Made by a program: the position numbers and the translations under genes. Shown in pieces: positions 12,464 through 24,600 of a DNA stretch of 64,000 nt (position 1 is its first letter; each line of letters begins with the position of its first letter). Origin of the DNA: Squalus acanthias (Eukaryota); contig JASTWF010000088.1 of the NCBI GenBank assembly GCA_030390025.1, forward strand, positions 744,001 through 808,000, written 5' to 3'. Below the pieces are notes generated by a model. It did not search any database. It saw nothing but the letters and a program-made list of their open reading frames with translations, and was not told the DNA's origin.

Positions 12464-12678
12464 TGACGTAATAAAGACTCACTACGCACTTGAACATAAA
12501 GCAAGGCTTTAATCAACTTGTAACAAAACATGGAGGTCCAGTTAGCAGTCACTAGCTTCCTGTTTCCAGATTGTCTCAACCCAAGGTGGGCCCATGCCTG
12601 AGTATTTATACTCCCTGAACGGCGCCCCAGCTGGCCACCCAGTAGTACTTCCTGAGTTGTGACTTGCGATTTATGACA
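12464..12678 (-). repeat. 5' LTR (215 bp)
   Basis: Direct repeat of 8169-8383; minus strand has TATAAAT near 12605-12611 and ATTAAA at 12508-12513. Confidence 0.96.
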
Positions 12679-15600
12679 GTGTGTGTGAAAGGGTGGGGAG
12701 TTGGATGGGGTACAGTGTGTGTGAGGGTGGGGATTTGGATGGGGTACAGTGTGTGAAAGGGTGGGGAGTTGGATGGGGTACAGTGTGTGAAAGGGTGGGG
12801 AGTTGGATGGGGTGCAGTGTGTTTGAAAGGGTGGGGAGTTGGATGGGGTACAGTGTGTGTGAGGGTGGGGAGTTGGATGGGGTACAGTGTGTGAAAGGGT
12901 GGGGAGTTGAATGTGGTACAGTGTGTGTGAAAGGGTGGGGAGTTGGATGGGGTACAGTGTGTGTGAAGGGGTGGGGAGTTGGATGGGGTACAGTGTGTGT
13001 GAGTGAGGGGAGTTGGATGGGGTACAGTGTGTGTGAAAGGGTGGGGAGTTGGATGGGGTACAGTGTGTGTGAGGGTGGGGAGTTGGATGGGGTACAGTGT
13101 GTGAAAGGGTGGGGAGTTGGATGGGGTACAGTGTGTGTGAAAGGGTGGGGAGTTGGATGGGGTACAGTGTGTGAAAGGGTGGGGAGTTGGATGGGGTACA
13201 GTGTGTGTGAAAGGGTGGGGAGTTGGATGGGATACTGTGTGGGTGAAAGGGTGGGGAGTTGGATGGGGTACAGTGTGTGTGTGTGAGGGTGGGGAGTTGG
13301 ATGGGGTACAGTGTGTGTGAAAGGGTGGGGAGTTGGATGGGGTGCAGTGTTTGTGTAAAAGGGTGGGGAGTTAGATGGGGTACAGTGTGTGTGAAAGGGT
13401 GGGGAGTTGGATGGGGTACAGTGTGTGTGAAGGGTGGGGAGTTGGATGGGGTACAGTGTGTGTGTGAGGGTGGGGAGTTGGATGGGGTACAGTGTGTGTG
13501 AAGGGTGGGGAGTTGGATGGGGTACAGTGTGTGTGAAGGGTGGGGAGTTGGATGGGGTACAGTGTGTGTGAAGGGTGGGGAGTTGGATGGGGTACAGTGT
13601 GTGTGAGAGGGTGGGGAGTTGGATGGGGTACAGTGTGTGTGAAGGGTGGGGAGTTGGATGGGGTACAGTGTGTGTGAAGGGTGGGGAGTTGGATGGGGTA
13701 CAGTGTGTGTGAAGGGTGGGGAGTTGGATGGGGTACAGTGTGTGTGAAGGGTGGGGAGTTGGATGGGGTACAGTGTGTGTGAAGGGTGGGGAGTTGGATG
13801 GGGTACAGTGTGTGTGAAGGGTGGGGAGTTGGATGGGGTACAGTGTGTGTGAGGGGTGGGGAGTTGGATGGGGTACAGTGTGTGAAAGGGTGGGGAGTTG
13901 GATGGGGTACAGTGTGTGTGAAAGGGTGGGGAGTTGGATGGGGTACAGTGTGTGTGAAGGGTGGGGAGTTGGATGGGGTACAGTGTGTGTGAAGGGTGCG
14001 GAGTTGGATGGGGTACAGTGTGTGTGAAGGGTGTGGAGTTGGATGGGGTACAGTGTGTGTTGAAGGGTGGGGAGTTGGATGGGGTACAGTGTGTGTATGA
14101 AGGGTGGGGAGTTGGATGGGGTACAGTGTGTGTAAGGGTGGGAGTTGGATGGGGTACAGTGTGTGTGTGAAGGGTGGGGAGTTGGATGGGGTACAGTGTG
14201 TGTGAAAGGGTGGGGAGTTGGATGGGGTACAGTGTGTGTGAAAGGGTGGGAGTTGGATGGGGTACAGTGTGTGAAGGGTGGGGAGTTGGATGGGGTACAG
14301 TGTGTGTGTAAGGGTGGGGAGTTGGATGGGGTACAGTGTGTGTGAAGGGTGGGGAGTTGGATGGGGTACAGTGTGTGTGAAGGGTGGGGAGTTGGATGGG
14401 GTACAGTGTGTGTGAAGGGTGGGGAGTTGGATGGGGTACAGTGTGTGTGAGGGTGGGGAGTTGGATGGGGTACAGTGTGTGTGAAGGGTGGGGAGTTGGA
14501 TGGGGTACAGTGTGTGTGAGGGTGGGGAGTTGGATGGGGTACAGTGTGTGTGTGAGGGTGGGGAGTTGGATGGGGTACAGTGTGTGTGAGAGGGTGGGGA
14601 GTTGGATGGGGTACAGTGTGTGTGAAAGGGTGGGGAGTTGGATGGGGTACAGTGTGTGAGAGGGTGGGGAGTTGGATGGGGTACAGTGTGTGTGTGAAGG
14701 GTGGGGAGTTGGATGGGGTACAGTGTGTGTGAGAGGGTGGGGAGTTGGATGGGGTACAGTGTGTGTGTGAGGGTGGGGAGTTGGATGGGGTACAGTGTGT
14801 GAGAGGGTGGGGAGTTGGATGGGGTACAGTGTGTGTGAAGGGTGGGGAGTTGGATGGGGTACAGTGTGTGTGAAGGGTGGGGAGTTGGATGGGGTACAGT
14901 GTGTGTGAAGGGTGGGGAGTTGGATGGGGTACAGTGTGTGTGAGAGGGTGGGGAGTTGGATGGGGTACAGTGTGTGTGAAGGGTGGGGAGTTGGATGGGG
15001 TACAGTGTGTGTGAAAGGGTGGGGAGTTGGATGGGGTACAGTGTGTGTGAGGGTGGGGAGTTGGATGGGGTACAGTGTGTGTGAAGGGTGGGGAGTTGGA
15101 TGGGGTACAGTGTGTGTGAAGGGTGGGGAGTTGGATGGGGTACAGTGTGTGTGAAAGGGTGGGGAGTTGGATGGGGTACAGTGTGTGTGAGAGGGTGGGG
15201 AGTTGGATGGGGTACAGTGTGTGTGAGGGTGGGGAGTTGGATGGGGTACAGTGTGTGTGAAAGGGTGGGGAGTTGGATGGGGTACAGTGTGTGTGAGAGG
15301 GTGGGGAGTTGGATGGGGTACAGTGTGTGTGTGAGGGTGGGGAGTTGGATGGGGTACAGTGTGTGAAGGGTGGGAGTTGGATGGGGTACAGTGTGTGTGA
15401 AGGGTGGGGAGTTGGATGGGGTACAGTGTGTGTGAGGGTGGGGAGTTGGATGGGGTACAGTGTGTGTGAAGGGTGGGGAGTTGGATGGGGTACAGTGTGT
15501 GTGAAGGGTGGGGAGTTGGATGGGGTACAGTGTGTGTGAAGGGTGGGGAGTTGGATGGGGTACAGTGTGTGTGAGGGTGGGGAGTTGGATGGGGTACAGT

Positions 15601-18600
15601 GTGTGTGAGAGGGTGGGGAGTTGGATGGGGTACAGTGTGTGTGAGAGGGTGGGGAGTTGGATGGGGTACAGTGTGTGTGAGGGTGGGGAGTTGGATGGGG
15701 TACAGTGTGTGTGAAGGGTGGGGAGTTGGATGGGGTACAGTGTGTGTGAAGGGTGGGGAGTTGGATGGGGTACAGTGTGTGTGAGGGTGGGGAGTTGGAT
15801 GGGGGTACAGTGTGTGTGAGAGGGTGGGGAGTTGGATGGGGTACAGTGTGTGTGTGAGGGTGGGGAGTTGGATGGGGTACAGTGTGTGTGAAAGGGGTGG
15901 GAGTTGGATGGGGTACAGTGTGTGTGAGGGTGGGGAGTTGGATGGGGTACAGTGTGTGTGTGAGGGTGGGGAGTTGGATGGGGTACAGTGTGTGTGAAAG
16001 GGTGGGGAGTTGGATGGGGTACAGTGTGTGTGAGGGTGGGGAGTTGGATGGGGTACAGTGTGTGTGAAGGGTGGGGAGTTGGATGGGGTACAGTGTGTGT
16101 GAAGGGTGGGGAGTTGGATGGGGTACAGTGTGTGTGAGAGGGTGGGGAGTTGGATGGGGTACAGTGTGTGTGAAGGGTGGGGAGTTGGATGGGGTACAGT
16201 GTGTGTGAAGGGTGGGGAGTTGGATGGGGTACAGTGTGTGTGAGAGGGTGGGGAGTTGGATGGGGTACAGTGTGTGTGAAGGGTGGGGAGTTGGATGGGG
16301 TACAGTGTGTGTGAAGGGTGGGGAGTTGGATGGGGTACAGTGTGTGTGAGGGTGGGGAGTTGGATGGGGTACAGTGTGTGTGAGGGTGGGGAGTTGGATG
16401 GGGTACAGTGTGTAGGTGAAGGGTGGGGAGTTGGATGGGGTACAGTGTGATGTGAGGGTGGGGAGTTGGATGGGGTACAGTGTGTGTGAAGGGTGGGGAG
16501 TTGGATGGGGTACAGTGTGTGTGAAGGGTGGGGAGTTGGATGGGGTACAGTGTGTGTGAAGGGTGGGGAGTTGGATGGGGTACAGTGTGTGTGAGGGTGG
16601 GGAGTTGGATGGGGTACAGTGTGTGTGAGAGGGTGGGGAGTTGGATGGGGTACAGTGTGTGTGAGGGTGGGGAGTTGGATGGGGTACAGTGTGTGGGTGA
16701 AGGGTGGGGAGTTGGATGGGGTACAGTGTGTGAAGGGTGGGGAGTTGGATGGGGTACAGTGTGTGTGAAAGGGTGGGGAGTTGGATGGGGTACAGTGTGT
16801 GTGAAAGGGTGGGGAGTTGGATGGGGTACAGTGTGTGTGAAAGGGTGGGGAGTTGGATGGGGTACAGTGTGTGTGAGGGTGGGGAGTTGGATGGGGTACA
16901 GTGTGTGTGAAAGGGTGGGGAGTTGGATGGGGTACAGTGTGTGTGAAGGGTGGGGAGTTGGATGGGGTACAGTGTGTGTGAAGGGTGGGGAGTTGGATGG
17001 GGTACAGTGTGTGTGAGGGTGGGGAGTTGGATGGGGTACAGTGTGTGTGAAAGGGTGGGGAGTTGGATGGGGTACAGTGTGTGTGAATGGGTGGGGAGTT
17101 GGATGGGGTACAGTGTGTGAAAGGGTGGGGAGTTGGATGGGGTACAGTGTGTGTGAAGGGGTGGGGAGTTGGATGGGGTACAGTGTGTGTGAGGGTGGGG
17201 AGTTGGATGGGGTACAGTGTGTGTGAAAGGGTGGGGAGTTGGATGGGGTACAGTGTGTGTGAAGGGTGGGGAGTTGGATGGGGTACAGTGTGTGTGAAGG
17301 GTGGGGAGTTGGATGGGGTACAGTGTGTGTGAAGGGTGGGGAGTTGGATGGGGTACAGTGTGTGTGAGGGTGGGGAGTTGGATGGGGTACAGTGTGTGTG
17401 AAAGGGTGGGGAGTTGGATGGGGTACAGTGTGTGTGAAGGGTGGGGAGTTGGATGGGGTACAGTGTGTGTGAAGGGTGGGGAGTTGGATGGGGTACAGTG
17501 TGTGTGAGGGTGGGGAGTTGGATGGGGTACAGTGTGTGTGAAAGGGTGGGGAGTTGGATGGGGTACAGTGTGTGTGAAGGGTGGGGAGTTGGATGGGGTA
17601 CAGTGTGTGTGAAGGGTGGGGAGTTGGATGGGGTACAGTGTGTGTGAAGGGTGGGGAGTTGGATGGGGTACAGTGTGTGTGAAGGGTGGGGAGTTGGATG
17701 GGGTACAGTGTGTGTGAAGGGTGGGGAGTTGGATGGGGTACAGTGTGTGTGAAGGGTGGGGAGTTGGATGGGGTACAGTGTGTGTGAGAGGGTGGGGAGT
17801 TGGATGGGGTACAGTGTGTGTGAAGGGTGGGGAGTTGGATGGGTACAGTGTGTGTGAAGGGTGGGGAGTTGGATGGGGTACAGTGTGTGTGAGAGGGTGG
17901 GGAGTTGGATGGGGTACAGTGTGTGTGAAGGGTGGGGAGTTGGATGGGGTACAGTGTGTGTGAGAGGGTGGGGAGTTGGATGGGGTACAGTGTGTGTGAA
18001 GGGTGGGGAGTTGGATGGGGTACAGTGTGTGTGAAGGGTGGGGAGTTGGATGGGGTACAGTGTGTGTGAAGGGTGGGGAGTTGGATGGGGTACAGTGTGT
18101 GTGAGGGTGGGGAGTTGGATGGGGTACAGTGTGTGTGAAGGGTGGGGAGTTGGATGGGGTACAGTGTGTGTGAAGGGTGGGGAGTTGGATGGGGTACAGT
18201 GTGTGTGAAGGGTGGGGAGTTGGATGGGGTACAGTGTGTGTGAAGGGTGGGGAGTTGGATGGGGTACAGTGTGTGTGAAGGGTGGGGAGTTGGATGGGGT
18301 ACAGTGTGTGTGAAAGGGTGGGGAGTTGGATGGGGTACAGTGTGTGTGAAGGGTGGGGAGTTGGATGGGGTACAGTGTGTGTGAAGGGTGGGGAGTTGGA
18401 TGGGGTACAGTGTGTGTGAAGGGTGGGGAGTTGGATGGGGTACAGTGTGTGTGAAGGGTGGGGAGTTGGATGGGGTACAGTGTGTGTGAAGGGTGGGGAG
18501 TTGGATGGGGTACAGTGTGTGTGAAAGGGTGGGGAGTTGGATGGGGTACAGTGTGTGTGTGAAGGGTGGGGAGTTGGATGGGGTACAGTGTGTGTGAAGG

Positions 18601-21600
18601 GTGGGGAGTTGGATGGGGTACAGTGTGTGTGTGAGGGTGGGGAGTTGGATGGGGTACAGTGTGTGTGAGGGTGGGGAGTTGGATGGGGTACAGTGTGTGT
18701 GAGGGTGGGGAGTTGGATGGGGTACAGTGTGTGTGAGGGTGGGGAGTTGGATGGGGTACAGTGTGTGTGAAGGGTGGGGAGTTGGATGGGGTACAGTGTG
18801 TGTGAGAGGGTGGGGAGTTGGATGGGGTACAGTGTGTGTGAGGGTGGGGAGTTGGATGGGGTACAGTGTGTGTGAGGGTGGGGAGTTGGATGGGGTACAG
18901 TGTGTGTGAGAGGGTGGGGAGTTGGATGGGGTACAGTGTGTGTGAGAGGGTGGGGAGTTGGATGGGGTACAGTGTGTGTGAGGGTGGGGAGTTGGATGGG
19001 GTACAGTGTGTGTGAGGGTGGGGAGTTGGATGGGGTACAGTGTGTGTGAGGGTGGGGAGTTGGATGGGTACAGTGTGTGTGAGAGGGTGGGGAGTTGGAT
19101 GGGGTACAGTGTGTGTGAAGGGTGGGGAGTTGGATGGGGTACAGTGTGTGTGAAGGGTGGGGAGTTGGATGGGGTACAGTGTGTGTGAGAGGGTGGGGAG
19201 TTGGATGGGGTACAGTGTGTGTGAAGGGTGGGGAGTTGGATGGGGTACAGTGTGTGTGAAGGGTGGGGAGTTGGATGGGGTACAGTGTGTGTGAAGGGTG
19301 GGGAGTTGGATGGGGTACAGTGTGTGTGAAGGGTGGGGAGTTGGATGGGGTACAGTGTGTGTGAAGGGTGGGGAGTTGGATGGGGTACAGTGTGTGTGAA
19401 GGGTGGGGAGTTGGATGGGGTACAGTGTGTGTGAAGGGTGGGGAGTTGGATGGGGTACAGTGTGTGTGAAGGGTGGGGAGTTGGATGGGGTACAGTGTGT
19501 GTGAAGGGTGGGGAGTTGGATGGGGTACAGTGTGTGTGTGAGGGTGGGGAGTTGGATGGGGTACAGTGTGTGTGAAGGGTGGGGAGTTGGATGGGGTACA
19601 GTGTGTGTGAGGGTGGGGAGTTGGATGGGGTACAGTGTGTGTGAGGGTGGGGAGTTGGATGGGGTACAGTGTGTGTGAAGGGTGGGGAGTTGGATGGGGT
19701 ACAGTGTGTGTGAGGGTGGGGAGTTGGATGGGGTACAGTGTGTGTGAAGGGTGGGGAGTTGGATGGGGTACAGTGTGTGTGAGGGTGGGGAGTTGGATGG
19801 GGTACAGTGTGTGTGAAGGGTGGGGAGTTGGATGGGGTACAGTGTGTGTGAAGGGTGGGGAGTTGGATGGGGTACAGTGTGTGTGAAGGGTGGGGAGTTG
19901 GATGGGGTACAGTGTGTGTGTGAGGGTGGGGAGTTGGATGGGGTACAGTGTGTGTGAAGGGTGGGGAGTTGGATGGGGTACAGTGTGTGTGAGGGTGGGG
20001 AGTTGGATGGGGTACAGTGTGTGTGAAGGGTGGGGAGTTGGATGGGGTACAGTGTGTGTGAAGGGTGGGGAGTTGGATGGGGTACAGTGTGTGTGAAGGG
20101 TGGGGAGTTGGATGGGGTACAGTGTGTGTGTGAAGGGTGGGGAGTTGGATGGGGTACAGTGTGTGTGAAGGGTGGGGAGTTGGATGGGGTACAGTGTGTG
20201 TGAGAGGGTGGGGAGTTGGATGGGGTACAGTGTGTGTGAAGGGTGGGGAGTTGGATGGGGTACAGTGTGTGTGAAGGGTGGGGAGTTGGATGGGGTACAG
20301 TGTGTGTGAAAGGGTGGGGAGTTGGATGGGGTACAGTGTGTGTGAAGGGTGGGGAGTTGGATGGGGTACAGTGTGTGTGAAGGGTGGGGAGTTGGATGGG
20401 GTACAGTGTGTGTGAGAGGGTGGGGAGTTGGATGGGGTACAGTGTGTGTGAGGGTGGGGAGTTGGATGGGGTACAGTGTGTGTGAAGGGTGGGGAGTTGG
20501 ATGGGGTACAGTGTGTGTGAAGGGTGGGGAGTTGGATGGGGTACAGTGTGTGTGTGAAGGGTGGGGAGTTGGATGGGGTACAGTGTGTGTGAAAGGGTGG
20601 GGAGTTGGATGGGGTACAGTGTGTGTGAAGGGTGGGGAGTTGGATGGGGTACAGTGTGTGTGAGGGTGGGGAGTTGGATGGGGTACAGTGTGTGTGAAGG
20701 GTGGGGAGTTGGATGGGGTACAGTGTGTGTGAAGGGTGGGGAGTTGGATGGGGTACAGTGTGTGTGAAGGGTGGGGAGTTGGATGGGGTACAGTGTGTGT
20801 GAGGGTGGGGAGTTGGATGGGGTACAGTGTGTGTGAAAGGGTGGGGAGTTGGATGGGGTACAGTGTGTGTGAAGGGTGGGGAGTTGGATGGGGTACAGTG
20901 TGTGTGAAGGGTGGGGAGTTGGATGGGGTACAGTGTGTGTGAAAGGGTGGGGAGTTGGATGGGGTACAGTGTGTGTGAAGGGTGGGGAGTTGGATGGGGT
21001 ACAGTGTGTGTGAAGGGTGGGGAGTTGGATGGGGTACAGTGTGTGTGTGAAGGGTGGGGAGTTGGATGGGGTACAGTGTGTGTGTGAAAGGGTGGGGAGT
21101 TGGATGGGGTACAGTGTGTGTGAAGGGTGGGGAGTTGGATGGGGTACAGTGTGTGTGAGAGGGTGGGGAGTTGGATGGGGTACAGTGTGTGTGAAGGGTG
21201 GGGAGTTGGATGGGGTACAGTGTGTGTGAGAGGGTGGGGAGTTGGATGGGGTACAGTGTGTGTGAAAGGGTGGGGAGTTGGATGGGGTACAGTGTGTGTG
21301 AAGGGTGGGGAGTTGGATGGGGTACAGTGTGTGTGAAAGGGTGGGGAGTTGGATGGGGTACAGTGTGTGTGAAGGGTGGGGAGTTGGATGGGGTACAGTG
21401 TGTGTGAAAGGGTGGGGAGTTGGATGGGGTACAGTGTGTGTGAAAGGGTGGGGAGTTGGATGGGGTACAGTGTGTGTGAGAGGGTGGGGAGTTGGATGGG
21501 GTACAGTGTGTGTGAAAGGGTGGGGAGTTGGATGGGGTACAGTGTGTGTGAAGGGTGGGGAGTTGGATGGGGTACAGTGTGTGTGAGGGTGGGGAGTTGG

Positions 21601-24600
21601 ATGGGGTACAGTGTGTGTGAAAGGGTGGGGAGTTGGATGGGGTACAGTGTGTGTGAAGGGTGGGGAGTTGGATGGGGTACAGTGTGTGTGAAAGGGTGGG
21701 GAGTTGGATGGGGTACAGTGTGTGTGAAAGGGTGGGGAGTTGGATGGGGTACAGTGTGTGTGAAAGGGTGGGGAGTTGGATGGGGTACAGTGTGTGTGAA
21801 AGGGTGGGAGTTGGATGGGGTACAGTGTGTGTGAAGGGTGGGGAGTTGGATGGGGTACAGTGTGTGTGAAAGGGTGGGGAGTTGGATGGGGTACAGTGTG
21901 TGTGAAGGGTGGGGAGTTGGATGGGGTACAGTGTGTGTGAAGGGTGGGGAGTTGGATGGGGTACAGTGTGTGTGTGAAAGGGTGGGGAGTTGGATGGCGT
22001 ACATTGTGTGTGTGAAAGGGTGGGGTGTTAGATGGGGTACAATATGGGTGGGGATTTGGATGGGGTACAGTGTGTGAGAGGGTGGGGAGTTGGATGGGGT
22101 ACAGTGTGTGTGAAAGGGTGGGGAGTTGGATGGGGAACAATGTATGTGAGAGGGTGGGACGTTGGATGGGCTACAGTGTGTATGAAAGGGTGGGGAGTTG
22201 GATGGGGTACAGTGTGTGTGAAAGGGTGGGGAGTTGGATGGGGAACAATGTGTGTGAGAGGGTGGGACGTTGGATGGGCTACAGTGTGTATGAAAGGGTG
22301 AGGAGTTGGATGGGGTACAGTGTGTGTGAAAGGGTGGGGAGTTGGATGGGGAACAGTGTGTGTGAAAGGGTGGGGAGTTGGATGGGGTACAGTGTGTGTG
22401 AAAGGGTGGGGAGTTGGATGGTGCACAGTGTCTGTAAAAGGGTGGGGAGTTGGATGGTGTACAGTGCCTGTAAAAGGGTGGGGAGTTGGATGGGGTACAG
22501 TGTGTGTGAAAGGGTGGGGAGTTGGATGGGGTACAGTGTGTGTGTGAAGGGTGGGGAGTTGGATGGGGTACAGTGTGTGTATGAAAGGGTAGGGAGTTAG
22601 ATGGGTTACAGTGTGTGTGAAAGGGTGGGGAGTTGGATGGGGAGCAGTGTGTGTGTGAGAGGTGGGTAGTTGATGGGGTACAGTGTGTGTGAAAGGGTGG
22701 GGAGTTGGATGTGGTACAGTGTGTGTGAGTGTGGGGAGTTGGATGGGGTACAGTGTGTGTGTGAGTGTGGGGAGTTGGATGGGGTACAGTGTGTGTGAAA
22801 GGGTGGGGAGTTGGATGGGGTACAGTGTGTGTGAGAGGGTGGGGAGTTGGATGGGGTACAGTGTGTGTGAAGGGTGGGGAGTTGGATGGGTACAGTGTGT
22901 GTGTGAAAGGGTGGGGAGTTGGATGGGGTACAGTGTGTGTGAGGGTGGGGAGTTGGATGGGGTACAGTGTGTGTGAAGGGTGGGGAGTTGGATGGGGTAC
23001 AGTGTGTATGAGGGTGGGGAGTTGGATGGGGTACAGTGTGTGTGAAAGGGTGGGGAGTTGGATGGGGTACAGTGTGTGTGAAGGGTGGGGAGTTGGATGG
23101 GGTACAGTGTGTGTGAAGGGTGGGGAGTTGGATGGGGTACAGTGTGTGTGAAAGGGTGGGGAGTTGGATGGGGTACAGTGTGTGTGAGAGGGTGGGGAGT
23201 TGGATGGGGTACAGTGTGTGTGAAGGGTGGGGAGTTGGATGGGGTACAGTGTGTGTGTGAAGGGTGGGGAGTTGGATGGGGTACAGTGTGTGTGAAGGGT
23301 GGGGAGTTGGATGGGGTACAGTGTGTGTGAAGGGTGGGGAGTTGGATGGGGTACAGTGTGTGTGAAGGGTGGGGAGTTGGATGGGGTACAGTGTGTGTGA
23401 AGGGTGGGGAGTTGGATGGGGTACAGTGTGTGTGAAGGGTGGGGAGTTGGATGGGGTACAGTGTGTGTGAAGGGTGGGGAGTTGGATGGGGTACAGTGTG
23501 TGTGAAGGGTGGGGAGTTGGATGGGGTACAGTGTGTGTGTGAAGGGTGGGGAGTTGGATGGGGTACAGTGTGTGTGAAGGGTGGGGAGTTGGATGGGGTA
23601 CAGTGTGTGTGAGGGTGGGGAGTTGGATGGGGTACAGTGTGTGTGAGAGGGTGGGGAGTTGGATGGGGTACAGTGTGTGTGAAAGGGTGGGGAGTTGGAT
23701 GGGGTACAGTGTGTGTGAAGGGTGGGGAGTTGGATGGGGTACAGTGTGTGTGTGAAGGGTGGGGAGTTGGATGGGGTACAGTGTGTGTGAAGGGTGGGGA
23801 GTTGGATGGGGTACAGTGTGTGTGTGAAGGGTGGGGAGTTGGATGGGGTACAGTGTGTGTGAAGGGTGGGGAGTTGGATGGGGTACAGTGTGTGTGAAAG
23901 GGTGGGGAGTTGGATGGGGTACAGTGTGTGTGAAGGGTGGGGAGTTGGATGGGGTACAGTGTGTGTGAGAGGGTGGGGAGTTGGATGGGGTACAGTGTGT
24001 GTGAAGGGTGGGGAGTTGGATGGGGTACAGTGTGTGTGAAGGGTGGGGAGTTGGATGGGGTACAGTGTGTGTGAAGGGTGGGGAGTTGGATGGGGTACAG
24101 TGTGTGTGAAAGGGTGGGGAGTTGGATGGGGTACAGTGTGTGTGAAGGGTGGGGAGTTGGATGGGGTACAGTGTGTGTGAGAGGGTGGGGAGTTGGATGG
24201 GGTACAGTGTGTGTGAGGGTGGGGAGTTGGATGGGGTACAGTGTGTGTGAAGGGTGGGGAGTTGGATGGGGTACAGTGTGTGTGAGGGTGGGGAGTTGGA
24301 TGGGGTACAGTGTGTGTGAGGGTGGGGAGTTGGATGGGGTACAGTGTGTGTGTGAAGGGTGGGGAGTTGGATGGGGTACAGTGTGTGTGAAGGGTGGGGA
24401 GTTGGATGGGGTACAGTGTGTGTGAAGGGTGGGGAGTTGGATGGGGTACAGTGTGTGTGAAGGGTGGGGAGTTGGATGGGGTACAGTGTGTGTGAAGGGT
24501 GGGGAGTTGGATGGGGTACAGTGTGTGTGAAGGGTGGGGAGTTGGATGGGGTACAGTGTGTGTGTGAAGGGTGGGGAGTTGGATGGGGTACAGTGTGTGT

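Larger units (their letters stand above)
8169..12678 (-). mobile_element. Full-length Ty3/Gypsy LTR retrotransposon (4510 bp, Mag-like gag)
   Basis: Two 215-bp direct LTRs with TG...CA ends, 5-bp flanking duplication GTGTG (8164-8168 and 12679-12683), polypurine tract next to the 3' LTR, single gag-pol ORF in PR-RT-RH-IN order. Confidence 0.97.

Noticed and set aside
8430-12471. Short alternative-frame and antisense ORFs overlapping gag-pol
   Set aside because: No recognisable motifs; shadows of a long coding sequence. No env-like ORF is present.
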